Source: Takakia lepidozioides
Lineage: Eukaryota; Plantae; Bryophyta
Length of the DNA stretch: 64,000 nucleotides
Direction of reading: 5' to 3'
Assembly: GCA_030704615.1 (NCBI GenBank)
Contig: CM060734.1
Coordinates: forward strand, 15,066,001 to 15,130,000
Position 1 is the stretch's first letter. Each line of letters begins with the position of its first letter. The translations under genes were made by a program, and so were the position numbers. Shown here in pieces: positions 1-11,615 of the stretch. The notes beneath the pieces are model-generated. The model made no database searches. It saw only the letters and a list, made by a program, of their open reading frames with translations, and was not told the DNA's origin.

Positions 1-34
1 GACCCATACCTCCCCGACCAAGGTCACACAATGC

Positions 35-427
35 TTGGCCAATTCTTGCGGTACTAACATTGCTGAGGTATATGATAGGGGTAGGCCTTGCACAAATGAG
101 CTGCTGCCTGCCATTGTACAGGAGCTACACCAATTCCGTAGTGATGTTCAAGACCAGCTTTTGGCTATGAAAAGCGAGGTCACATGGCGTGCCTCAGGTT
201 CTGACTCAGCAGACCATAACCACCAGGGTAACAAACCCAGTGGCTTCCGGGGCAAAACCCAGATAGGGTCGAGGTATGTGAATAAGGCCTCATTACCTGC
301 TTGTATGATCTGTAAGTCCACCAAACATTACACACGTTGGTGCCCATTCATGTCCGACTTATCAGCTATGATTGAGCAGATTAAGAAAGAAAATAAAGGG
401 GGTTTAAACGAACAAGGTCGTCTATGA
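35..427 (+). pseudogene. gag: Ty3/gypsy gag C-terminal part with CCHC zinc knuckle (element A)
   Basis: CMICKSTKHYTRWC = CX2CX4HX4C; followed downstream by protease and RT motifs. Confidence 0.75.
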
Positions 428-456
428 GGGTGCCAGGCGATCATCTCCCGAGCCCT
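403..456 (+). promoter_or_regulatory. Putative -1 programmed ribosomal frameshift signal (slippery heptamer plus pseudoknot)
   Basis: T-TTA-AAC at 403-409 in the gag frame; 6-nt spacer; GGTCGTCT (416-423) pairs with AGGCGATC (435-442); loop AGGGT can pair with GCCCT (452-456); the -1 frame is open to about 585. Confidence 0.65.
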
Positions 457-571
457 AAATCCCTGGTAAGTGCAGTACTGTCTCAAGATTTCAAACTGTT
501 ACACTGTGAGGCTCTTCGCAAGGTCAGTAAGCTCCGAGTTCATCCTTTGATGACCCAATGTCACGTCGGTT

Positions 572-838
572 TTGTTTTCCTGCATTATTGATATAGGATG
601 TACTTTGTCAGCTATCCCTCTTAGCATAGTTCACATCCTAGGTCTCAAACTGCAATCTGCGAATGGTTTATCAGTATCTATTGCAGATGGGACTGCTTAT
701 GAGCCTATAGGCTTAGTCACTTTGCCCATAAGGGTCAGTGGTAAGAGTGTGGTACTATTGACTTGTATTGTCACTCTTGGGGAACAGTTTTTGTTGGGTC
801 TTGGATGCAAGGGGCTGAAGCCAGCCTTGATATCCTGA
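572..838 (+). pseudogene. Retroviral-type aspartic protease, degenerate (element A)
   Basis: CIIDIGC (DTG-like), IADG flap and FLLGL motifs. Confidence 0.7.
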
Positions 839-1098
839 GCCATGTCATGTGGTTGCACAATGGGGAGGGTAACCCCTACAAGGTTAGTCTTGCACCCGTA
901 ACCTTGGCTGCTGGTACATCCATGGCAAACTTTGTCAAAACCCAACTGCAAGCTGCTGCCATGCGTGAACAAGTGGGTTTGTCTTATAACTAGTCTCGCT
1001 TCAATCAATTCAAAGTTGTTGATAACTGCCTTCACCAATGGCAATTTCCTGCTCCCGGCAAAAAGGGCAGTGCACCCTTACCCATCCCCAAGAATTCT

Positions 1099-1385
1099 TT
1101 GCTTATCCGCTCTCCTGTCGATTTTTTTATGATTCCTGCTTTCTCTCAACGCATTATACCAACAGGGCTTGCATTTGTATGTTCCGAAGGACATTACTTA
1201 GAAGTTGAGGGCTGGAAAAAATTGACCTTACAAAAGCATTGTTTAATTGCATCTGGTGTTATTGACAGAGGCTTCAAAGGAGAGGTTAGATTACTCATAG
1301 CCAATCCTGAACGTATTAATGTGCATGTGAGGAAGGGGCAAGTACTCGCTCACTTAACAGCAGTGCCTCTCTTTGAAATTGCGTC
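1099..1385 (+). pseudogene. dUTPase-like domain between protease and RT (element A)
   Basis: IPAFSQRIIPTGL, SGVIDRGFKGEVRLLIAN (motif 3) and VRKGQVLAHL (motif 4-like); motifs 1, 2 and 5 are not recognisable. Confidence 0.7.
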
Positions 1386-1539
1386 CGTGCAAGGAGCCTT
1401 GAGCCTCCAAGACATTGGCCTGGTGGACACCCCTGTGGACCAACTGCACACATTTGCTGCACACATGGGCTCGGTGACTAGTTTTGACCTGTCTCCTGCT
1501 CAAGAGCTTCACTTTCAACAGGTCCTTGCTGAGGTTAAG

Positions 1540-2150
1540 GTATGTGACCATCTCACCCCCTCTCAGAAAGCTCAGTTTCATGACTTCCTTAGGCGCAACT
1601 TGGATGTGTTCAGCAAAGGGCCTCATGACCTAGGCCGCACAGACATTCTCCAGCATGACATTGTCACGGATGGGAAACCCATCAAACAGTATGCTTATTG
1701 AGAAAGTGTCCGAGAACGCACAGTCATACAAGAGGAAATCACGAGAATGCTTGACACAGGTGTGAACACTCCCTCGATCTCTCCCTGGGCTAGTCCAATT
1801 GTCTTAGTGGGGAAAAAGAATGGCTCTACCCGTTTTTGCGTAGATTTCTGAAGGTTAAATGCTATCACGAAATGTGATGTGTATCCCTTGCCTCGCGTAA
1901 ATGAAACGCTTGACCAACTGAATGGGGCCACCATTTTTTCTTCATTGGATCTTGCAGCTGGTTTTTGGCAAGTACCCTTTAACTGCTGCTGCTAAGGAAA
2001 AAACTACCTGTACATGTAGGATGGTATGTATCAGTTTGAAACCATGCCTTTTGGCTTATGCAACGCCATGGCTATCTTCCAAAGACTTATGGATGTTGTC
2101 TTGGGTAATCTATGATGGGAATGTGTCTTGGTTTACATTTCTGGGAGAGA
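1540..2150 (+). pseudogene. Gypsy reverse transcriptase N-terminal half with stops and frameshifts (element A)
   Basis: [65 protein letters not shown]; breaks off at VYI. Confidence 0.9.
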
Positions 2151-2779
2151 CGTGAACATCATACCTTAACAGGGAGATGGCTGAGTCACCACTCCCAAGT
2201 AGAGCTTGGATTGTAGTGGGCGATGGGCTCGAGAAACCTTTGGGGAGCATTTGTTGGTGGGAACCGCATCAAAAACACCGCTGGGTAGCTTAGAAGAAGC
2301 GCCGTGGAGCAGCTGCAGGGGTTCTTGCCATAGCATGAAATGAAATAGCGCCTGTAAGAAGGAAGTCGCCCGGGCTGATGGAGAAACTGCGTTAACAGGC
2401 AGATAGGCCCGGAAACGGAGAACCGTTGAATGTCCCAGACACGGGGGTGGGAGGCAAGCGAGTCGCTGTTGAGGAGAGCAGTAGCAGAACTCGTCGTTCC
2501 CGTTGGAAGGTCGAGTTGGAGAAGACAGTGGTCCAGGGCAACTTTTGATGAGAGCCTTGGCAAAAACCACGCTGAAAAGGCCATGCGGTAGCTTAAAAGA
2601 AGCGCAGTAGAGCAGCGGCAAGGGGTGATGCTGAGGGAGGGAGAAGGGCGGCAGAGCCGCCTCACGGGAGCACCAAGAGCGGGAGCAGACTCCATGGCGG
2701 CGGCCAGGGCTAGATGTGGAGCACCAGACAGAGTAGCGGCCCCGCAGGGGGAGGGGGGACAACGAGAAGGTTCCAAACA

Positions 2780-4694
2780 AAAAAACTGCCTAGACCTCTT
2801 CCTCTTGTTAATACAACCCCATTCCAGAAATTGGTTCCTATTATCAGTCAATACTAATAGCCATTTCAATGACAGTTTCCAGGCCAATAGTATAAGTGGA
2901 TACACACACTGCAGCCCACGGACAAAAGGACAAAATTTCGTTTCCTTCCTTATTGGCCATCAAATCGTGGTGACACCGCAGGCCTTCCTCCACCAGTTAC
3001 ATGAATTTCACCCTTACCAGCTGGAACATCCGAGGCATAGGATCTGATCACTCTGCCCCAAAGAGGGCAAGAATCAGACACTGGGCCTCAAACCTAATTC
3101 TTATCTTATTCTCCTTCAAGAGCATAAACTAGACCCCGCTAAAATCGCTTCTCTTGGTGGTTCTATTTGGCCCTCTAACTCTGCCTTTTGGAACCCCACG
3201 GTTGTGGATTCAAGAGGAGGAACTGCGATCTTGGTCTCCCCCTCTTTGGGCCCTAGTATACTATCAAATGAGATATGGGTCGAGGGTCGTGTTCAGCTAG
3301 TCATCATGAACTTCAGCCCTGCTATTGGAAATATAGGAGTGATCAATGTCTATGCCCCAAACAATGATGAAGAACGTGTTGATCTTTCGTCCCTCATGAG
3401 GGTGAAAGTTTTGCAGCATCTAGACACTGATTAGTGGGCGGTGATTTCAATATGGTTGAGTATGATACTGATCGATGTGGCTCTAATGTCCATGGTCTAT
3501 CGGTCTCTGAAAGAAAGTCCTGGGACTCTTTCTGTCTGGCGGTTGGTCTCCTGGATGCCTCCCTCCCAACAGTAGATGAGTTGCAATTTACCTGGTCAAA
3601 TAATAGAGAACCGCCCAACCTCTCGCTTGCTCGTTTAGACAGATTTTACTGCTCTGCTCATTTGCTCAACTGGTCTATAAGATCCCATATTGTTCCAATA
3701 TCCCCTGGTTTTGACCATTCTACGATCCAACTATCTCTCCACACCCTTGAATCAAGAGTCAAGGGAAGGGGTTTCTTCAAACTAAACCCATCCCTCCTCT
3801 TGGACCAGGAGGTCATGATCGTCACTCTCCAAAGGGTTTGGTCCTCTACTGACCTCCCCTCCTCCCACTCTCCCCCACTCTTCTTTTTCTTTCCAAACTC
3901 CACAATCTCAGAAGTATCTGCCATGAGTTATCCAGAAAAAAAGCAGAAGAGTCCTCTAAAAAGAGAAAGCCCTAACTAATTAGTGCCTTCTTGTCTGTCA
4001 GTTTCAATTACAAAGGGGTAGGGATGACCCTCAGACCTGGATCTCATATAACATAGCCAAAAAGAACCTGTCGCTGCTCTTCCACTCCAGGGAGCAGTTC
4101 ATGAGGATCAAGGCCGGGGTTAACTGGTCGCTAAAGAGAGAAAAAATGTCTAAATACTTTTTTGTTAAGGCTGCCCAACGTCGGGCCTCTACTCTAATTC
4201 CTTCTCTTCGTGATCACTCTGGTCTCCACTGTTCTGTGCCAAATAAGATGTCCAGTATTGCTACAGCTTTTTTCAAGCAGCTCTTTGAGAAAAGAGACCA
4301 CACTCCTCTTGTGGTGGAGGCAAGGAATACTCTACTGAGAAATATACCTTGGTCCATCTCTGCAATGGATAAAGCCAAGATGGAAGAACCTTTTACTATG
4401 GAAGAGTTGGGTAGGGCTGTAGATGCCTTGGCCTCCCTCAAAAGTCCTGGTCCTGATGGCCTGCCCATCGAATTGTTCAAGGCTCTATGGCAAACCCTAG
4501 GGGAGGACTTTCTTTGTATGGCTAATGACATCTTGCAAAAACAAATAATGCCCTCTCAGATCTCTGAAGGTCTCATCACCCTCATCTCCAAGAAAGGAGA
4601 GAGAGATAATGTTGCTAACTATCGACCTGCTAAATTCAATGCACAAAATCATTGCCAAGCTGGCATTGGCTTTGAGGATCCAACACAACCCTAA
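2780..4694 (+). mobile_element. Decayed L1-type LINE ORF2 fragment (APE endonuclease plus start of RT)
   Basis: LQEHK, RGGTAIL, INVYAPN, GGDFN, ARLDRFY, GFDH, FKLN, KSPGPDGLP, ANYRP. Confidence 0.9.
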
Positions 4695-5100
4695 TTTAAT
4701 GTAGCTCAGCTACGCCAGCTCAGACTAACGTAACGGCTTGCTCCGCCACATCCGGTCTCCATCCATCCAATCTCGCAGCTATAGTTCATCCAATCATAAT
4801 CATACTCTATCCATCCAAGCCAAAAAGTAGGTGGTGGGAATCCAGGCTTCACATATGTGAGGCATGCTGGCCCAGTAAACAAGCGAGCTCCTGCGAGCTG
4901 AGGAACAACAAGAAGGGGACTATAACAAAAGCTAAACAAAAACTAGGCATCTGATAGTGCAAGAGATGAATAAAACCAAGAGAACAAAACCTTGCCCTGC
5001 AAGGTGGGCGAAGGAAAAAATTTCAGCTTGGAAAAACCCCAAACACTGTACATGGTGATGTCAAGACTAAATCGAAAGGAAAAAAAAAAAAAAATGTTAA

Positions 5101-6350
5101 TTAAGGCTCAGAATCTACAGCCTGTGCACAAGAAAGAGCAGCTCTGGAAGGTGTGTAGATCACTTGCCTGTTCTCAACGTTAAGACAAGTCAAATCAAAG
5201 GCGAGAGTACATGGTACCAGCAAAGAAACATGAACTGAGCTAGCAAGATGGGGAGTAGATGCATGCTGAGGAAGAAGTACATATTGCCTACCGGGCAAGA
5301 TCTCATTGATGAGATAGGGCCCATCTATCCTTCTCTTAGCCTTAGAAATCTGCTTACCAGCTTGAAATCGCACTCAAACAGATTGCCCAACTTTGAAGGA
5401 TTCGGAATATACTACCTTGCGATTGTAATGCTTGGCCTAGGAGGCTTGAGCAAAATAAATGTTAGACTTAGCAGTTTCACGCAACTGACATCTCTTGGCA
5501 TCCATGGAGAGTAAGAATTTCTCCCAGTTTTCAGGCTCTGTAGCAGAAACTTGCAGCCAGAAAATATGTAAGGGGCTATGACATTTTCTACCATATAATA
5601 ACTCAAAGGGAGATATCTTGGTACTAGCATGATGGAAGTACGATAGGCAAACAACAAAATAGGAAGGGCAATGTCCCACTCATCGATAAGGGCCCCAATT
5701 TTCTCTAGCATCCTACACATGATTTGATTAAAGCGCTCGGTCAAGCCATTGCATTGGGGATTAGAGGGAGCAGTCACAACAAGCTTAGTATTTAAATGGA
5801 ACAAAATAACCTCCATGAGTTGATTGCAAAATTCCGTACCTTGATTTGTGAGGATCTCAAGAGGGCACCCATATCGGAGAATCACCTTATCAAAGAAGAA
5901 TTGTACGACTTCATCACTGTCCTTAGCAACCAGAGGTCGGAGCTCAACCCATTTTGTCAGGTAATCCGTAACTACAACAATGTATGCATGGCCCTTGGAC
6001 GTAGGTTTGAGGGGTCCAACTAGATCTAAGCCAACCTTTGCAAAAGGCTCTGTGACAGGGATTGGCTGTAAAGGCAATGGAGCTTCGATTCTAGGCAGTA
6101 TGGTTTTGGCATGACATGGTACGCATCTTACAATGAAAGCTGAGACATCCTTTACTAAGCCCTTCCAGTGGTATTGTTCTTGTAACCTCTTGACTGTCTT
6201 TGTAACCCTCAAATGACCAGCAAAAATAGATGCATGATACAACTCAAGCAAGGTAGGAACAGCAGACCTAGGAAGGGACTTCCACAGCAGATTGGCCTTC
6301 CAAAACATCAACTTTGAACAAACGCCCTTCACTTTCCCGGTGGATAGGTA
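5101..6350 (-). pseudogene. Gypsy integrase (HHCC zinc finger, rve core, GPY motif), minus strand
   Basis: H..IFAGH...CVPC, GLDLVGPL, TDYLTKW, NQGTEF, NGLTERFN, SPFELLYG, GPYLI. Confidence 0.9.
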
Positions 6351-6917
6351 AGTGATAGTTTACTTGCCTCACAAGTAGTTTGGATATGCCACCTAAGTGG
6401 GTGCCGGCTTTGCACCTGTGGAGAGCATCGTAAAGTGGGCATCCACGTTTATAACCTTCATGGCCACACAGCAGCGGTTAGAGCAGGTGAAATGGAAAGT
6501 GGCCGCCCCCGTTTTCTTCCCTTCATGAATCCTGTCATCCTTTCAGTGGCTGCCTATGAAGTTATAAGCAGGCCTTAGAGAACAGCTCAGTCCCTTTGGT
6601 CTGGATAAATAAGGCATGGCAAAAGTTGGATAAAAATGAACAAGACATAGGTAAGGGCCAGAGCCAAACCTGATTGCAGATTTGCCAAACTGCCAATCAC
6701 ACTAAGTACCGTAGTGAGAAATCAATGAACGTCAAACTGAGCTAGGTCCCAAGCATCAAGCAAATCAGCAGGGACATAGGGAAAATCCAAAAGGTGACAC
6801 AAAGCCATGGGATCAGTGACAGCAGGAGCATAAATAGGCCACTGACGCCCCAATTGACGATGTTTATATAGAATTGATAACTCATTTTTCTAGGCTTTAC
6901 TCACAGAAACAAGAGAC

Positions 6918-7217
6918 GTGACTAATCTGTTCACAGAGATGGAGACTAGAGATGTAGCACATATCAGGAAGTTTGATGGGAAGAATAGCTTCTCATTGTG
7001 GCGATACCGAATGGAAATGATTTTTCATGCCAAGAGATATATGAAGATTGTCAACGGCACTGAGACGTTGGAAGAAGCAGATGATCAGGATGTTTGGATA
7101 GATAAGAATAATCAGGCCAGAATCCTGATAGCATCAGCGATTGATGAGACTTATCTAGAGATGCTCATCCAGTGCACAATTGCTACAGAAATGTGGAATA
7201 GGCTCAAAGCTATCCAT
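6918..7217 (+). pseudogene. Ty1/copia gag N-terminal fragment, truncated after RLKAIH
   Basis: KFDGKNSFSLWRYRM...W..KNNQARILIASAI...ATEMWNRLKAIH is typical of copia gag. Confidence 0.8.
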
Positions 7218-9390
7218 GTCCCAAACAGAACGGGTATGTCGAATGTGACAATCGAACAATCGTTGAGGCAGTCAGAAGCATATTGCATGCTAGAGATCTA
7301 TCCCTTGATCTATGGTGTAAAATAATAGGAATTTTTGGTTGAGCTACAATTTTAAAACCTTTTAGTTCCCTTTTCCATCGATATACTCTGTAATACCTTC
7401 GATATTGCTCCGATAGAGTAGTGTTCCTCGATACTTTGAAAATAGCCGATAGTCTATCCTTGACTGACTGATAGAGGGAATGGATGAATGACTATTTTGG
7501 ATGGATAGAAGAGGTTGAAGCAGTTATAGAAGTTGTTGGAACAACTCTGCTATTTATTTCGTTCATGTGAATCAAATGGTGTCGGATGAGCCGGAGAGGT
7601 GCGGGTTACCCAGTTTACCCAGTTCAGGCACCACTTCTGCCCCTAGGCGGTTAGAATCATGTCCGCTTTACCTTTCTCACTGTGGCTTCTACAACGTATT
7701 GTGATTGTGTGTGGGATTCTATACAATGGTCACCTCACTTATCCACGGGGCTTCATCTGGTTTACTTGCTAGAGTGCTCTTGCGACCTTCTTTACCATGC
7801 TGTCCCGGATTCCCGCTTCTTCCCGAGCAACGCTGTGGAGGCCAAGAGCAAGCCTGCCCTTAAATCGCAACCACTTTCTGAAGGGATTCAGCATCGGCTT
7901 GGCTCTCACCCTTATCTCAACTCCCAGGGTCGACTCAGCACACCGTGAGGTGCTGACGCTAAATCATACCCCACATGTATGCTCTCACCTAGCTGGGAGC
8001 TGGTCGGATATGAGTTTACCTAGCTATGTGCTGCTCGGCCCTTGGCGGTGCGGGCCATCGCCACTGGGCTGGCCAGTCTGTCCCGATCACAGAACAAGCA
8101 GCGCTCTATGTTGGCCCATGCCTGCGCTGGCGCACTCCTAGATGCGGAGCCCGATTTGTAACTCTACCCTCAACACCAAGGTGCGCAGGATGTCCATGCC
8201 AAGTGTGCCTCTTTGCCCGCGGAAGTGCCTCTCCAGGAATCAGCCTGGGCACCACCTACGATTATGGCGACTCAGCTACTCAATTCCCTAAGATACACAT
8301 CGATTATTGGCTGGACTCCCCAGCACTCTAACGACTGTTACTCACAGCGCTCAGCGATCCCACCAGGTCAATCAGATATGTGGGTGTTCCAACCCATACA
8401 AACACCGCTCAGTCCCAGGGAAGGTTCCCTTCACTCTGCACTTGCTTGCTACTGCCTCCAACATAATCCCTACTCTTCTCAATTCTCCGCTCTCACCAGA
8501 TATATACCTATTCCTCTCAGATACCCCCAGGCTACCACCCTGGCTAGTTATGCTCCTGTTTCTCCAGTTAGCTTAAGTATGCATCTGGCTCACCTGCATT
8601 TTATCTTTCGCTGCCCTTCACAGATAAATCACCCGCCACTCTCCAACCCTCCCCCTCATGCCACTTCGAGCACTTTACAATCTATGCATCCAATATATCA
8701 TAACTCATATTGCTGATCAATTCATACCTTCCCCCACAATAGAATCTGCTTCACTCTTGGCCCTCTACTCTCCATGTTATCTCTCCATGCTCAGTGGTGT
8801 TGTTCACAGCCCGAAGCTAACCTGTCTTTTTCTCTCTGTCTTGCAGCGATAGTCCCAGAGGGATCTGCCCCTCACTCTATTGTGACATCCCAAGCTTTGG
8901 TGGCTGCCCATCCTTGGGCCCTCATCCCAACCCACAGTCTCCAGATATCACTCCGGACCACAGCCCCTGCGCTGCTAGTTCCAGCTGGCTTCATCTTCCC
9001 ATCCGGCGACACACACTCTCCGCTCTGACTGATGCCCCTTACTGGATTGCCTTCCTCAACCACGACCTGAAGTCACTCATATCCCCACCTACTCTGGCTG
9101 CTGGCGGATACAATTCCACCCCCCCACAGTATCTATACATGCATGCGAATGCCATGTACTGACCACGACACCACATACAATTTTACTTATTCTTATATGT
9201 CGAGATACCACCCCCCATGTACTGTAAAAAGATTCCCCCTCCGGCACTCTCCATGTTTAAGCCTGTAGATTGTGGGAAATATCTCCACCGCGTATTGTGT
9301 CACAGACAATCCCTCCCCCTTCAGTTGTTATGCTTTACGTGCTTTGTATTCATGTTATCTCACCCCATCACCCTCCGTGAGGGTACTTTA

Positions 9391-9510
9391 CAGCATGATC
9401 CTTCCTACACCCCACAATGGGGTCTGTTATACTCTCCTACATACTCTCTACTGCATGATTCCTTCTCTACTCCACAATGGGGTTGGCTATCCTCTCCTAC
9501 ATACTCTCCT
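9391..9510 (+). repeat. Imperfect 60-bp tandem duplication
   Basis: gcatgat..cttc..ac.ccacaatgggg..g.tat.ctctcctacatactctc occurs twice. Confidence 0.8.
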
Positions 9511-11615
9511 ACTCTCCCATCTCATAGTCTTGATCTCACTCATGATACTCCAAACGGTGGGAGGATTCAGGACCCCACTCCCCTCTCCCACCAGTGCTCT
9601 TCTGTCTTACCACAATACATGTACCAGCCTACCTCCAAGGTCCCGTGGCAGGCTGCCACCAGATGTAATTTACATATACCCGCCGTCAGCAAACTCTTCT
9701 CTGGCTACTCTCCACATGTCAGCTACTATGTAGCACTTCTCCCGTCCTCAAACAAGCAACTGTTATGCTTGTACCTCCCCACTCTATAACGACTCCTCTT
9801 ACACCCAACTCCCTGCCGCAGCAACCAACTATCCCAGTCAACATACATACACTCATGCAGATCCATGGCTCTCCGCTGCTCCCTCCACTCTATACCATCC
9901 CTCTCTACCCCACTCTAGTCTCACACGGGAAAACAATTACACTCCGTTTCTCTTCCTACACAGTCACAATCAATACTGCACCAATTGTTCAACCCCGCAC
10001 AAGCAAGCACACTACACACACAACCAGGTGCTTATTACCAACACAAAGGTTGGCTCGTATATCCCAAATGCCAAGACCCAGTTACAAATGGTTTCCTCAT
10101 ACCCTGCTCTCATACCCCAGCGAGTACACCCCTAACACTCCTATGCAAGACCTAACCTCCCCCACATCCCCATAGTTCCCACCCTGACAATCTCATAGCC
10201 ACTCTGTCATACGCTATTATATCCACCATCGAACACAAAGCACCCAGCTATATCTATGCCTGCATGGCCCACTGCTACATAACGTCCATCCCCACAAACA
10301 CCCTGTACCGCCTTCATCACTCCTGCAACTGCTTTTACTTCCCCAACCAGCACCACTCGCTGTTCCACTCGCGCAAAAGCCAACCCCCCTGATCTACACA
10401 GATAGCGGCGCCACCCCGCCACCCTGCACATGGATTAAGCCTCATAAAACCTCCCGCCATGTTACTACAACACAATCGCCGCCATGGTGTAATTCACCAA
10501 CGGCCACACTAACGCTCATTTGTGGCTCAAGGTGGCTCCACAGTCAATGACACATCCTTTCCATTACAAGCTCCCCACTAAGGCAAGCCGCCACTCTGAA
10601 CGAGCCCCTTCAATATAAATCCTTGCAACAACAACTAACTACGCCTCTCTCCCACTCCTCCCAATTGTGTCACTGCTGCCGCCCACTCAGACGTCCTCTC
10701 ATCCCTCTCATCCCTCTCTTCTCCTAGAGCAGCAGTACGTATGTCTGGCTCCAAGTCCAGCAGCATACAAAAGCGGGCAGGGAGCATTCGTAAGCAGCCA
10801 CGATCACAGGACAATACAACCCGTAGCAAGAAACCGTCTACCATCTCTCTTATAGTACAACAAACTACAATGAATCACCACAAGATCACTACTGTTTCAA
10901 CTGACCACGCCCTGGACTACGCCGATGCCAGTGACATGCATGTATCAGACGAGCAATTTTTTGCTACAGAGCAGGCCTACCAAACTTGCTCTGCGCAGAA
11001 CCTCGCAGCAACTCCGAATGAGCGCACGCCATCCCATCTAGGACCGAGACTTCTTACGGCAACAAGGCCACCTGATCTTGACAGCTGCTCCTCCAGCCCG
11101 CCATAAACGCATCACCAACAGGAGTACTGGCTACGAGTCCAGGTCTCAAACGCGCATCCAGCGCTTTCAATAGCGACGCAGGGAGCTCACATTCCGACCC
11201 AAAAATCAAGAGGCCCAGAGGCGCAAGATCCGTATCACCACCGTTAAAAGCAGGTAGGGCGTATTCGGGCCCTTTCCCGGCGTAATTGGTGTGCAGAATC
11301 GGCCACAACTGCCGATTCTGCCACAGAATCGGTACCGTATAAATACACCGTATAATTCTCATACGGGGAGACATACGTCGTCTTCTCCATCCAGCTACGG
11401 TTTCAGTTTAGAAAATGGTGGAGAAAGCAAGCACACAGCGCAGAAATTCAATGAGAAATTTTGTACAAAATTGAATCAATGTGAATCTGCTCCTGGTTGA
11501 TTATTGCTGTAAAAATGTATATAATCTACAAACTACCGGGATCCAGCATCAATGGAGCACTAGTGCTAACAAGAATGATCTGCATGATCGATTCAATGTG
11601 AATCTGAATCTAAAA

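Noticed and set aside
7682-10431. Many plus-strand ORFs of 60-190 aa
   Set aside because: Pro/Ser/Leu/Thr-rich products expected from the C-rich skew; overlapping frames; no motifs
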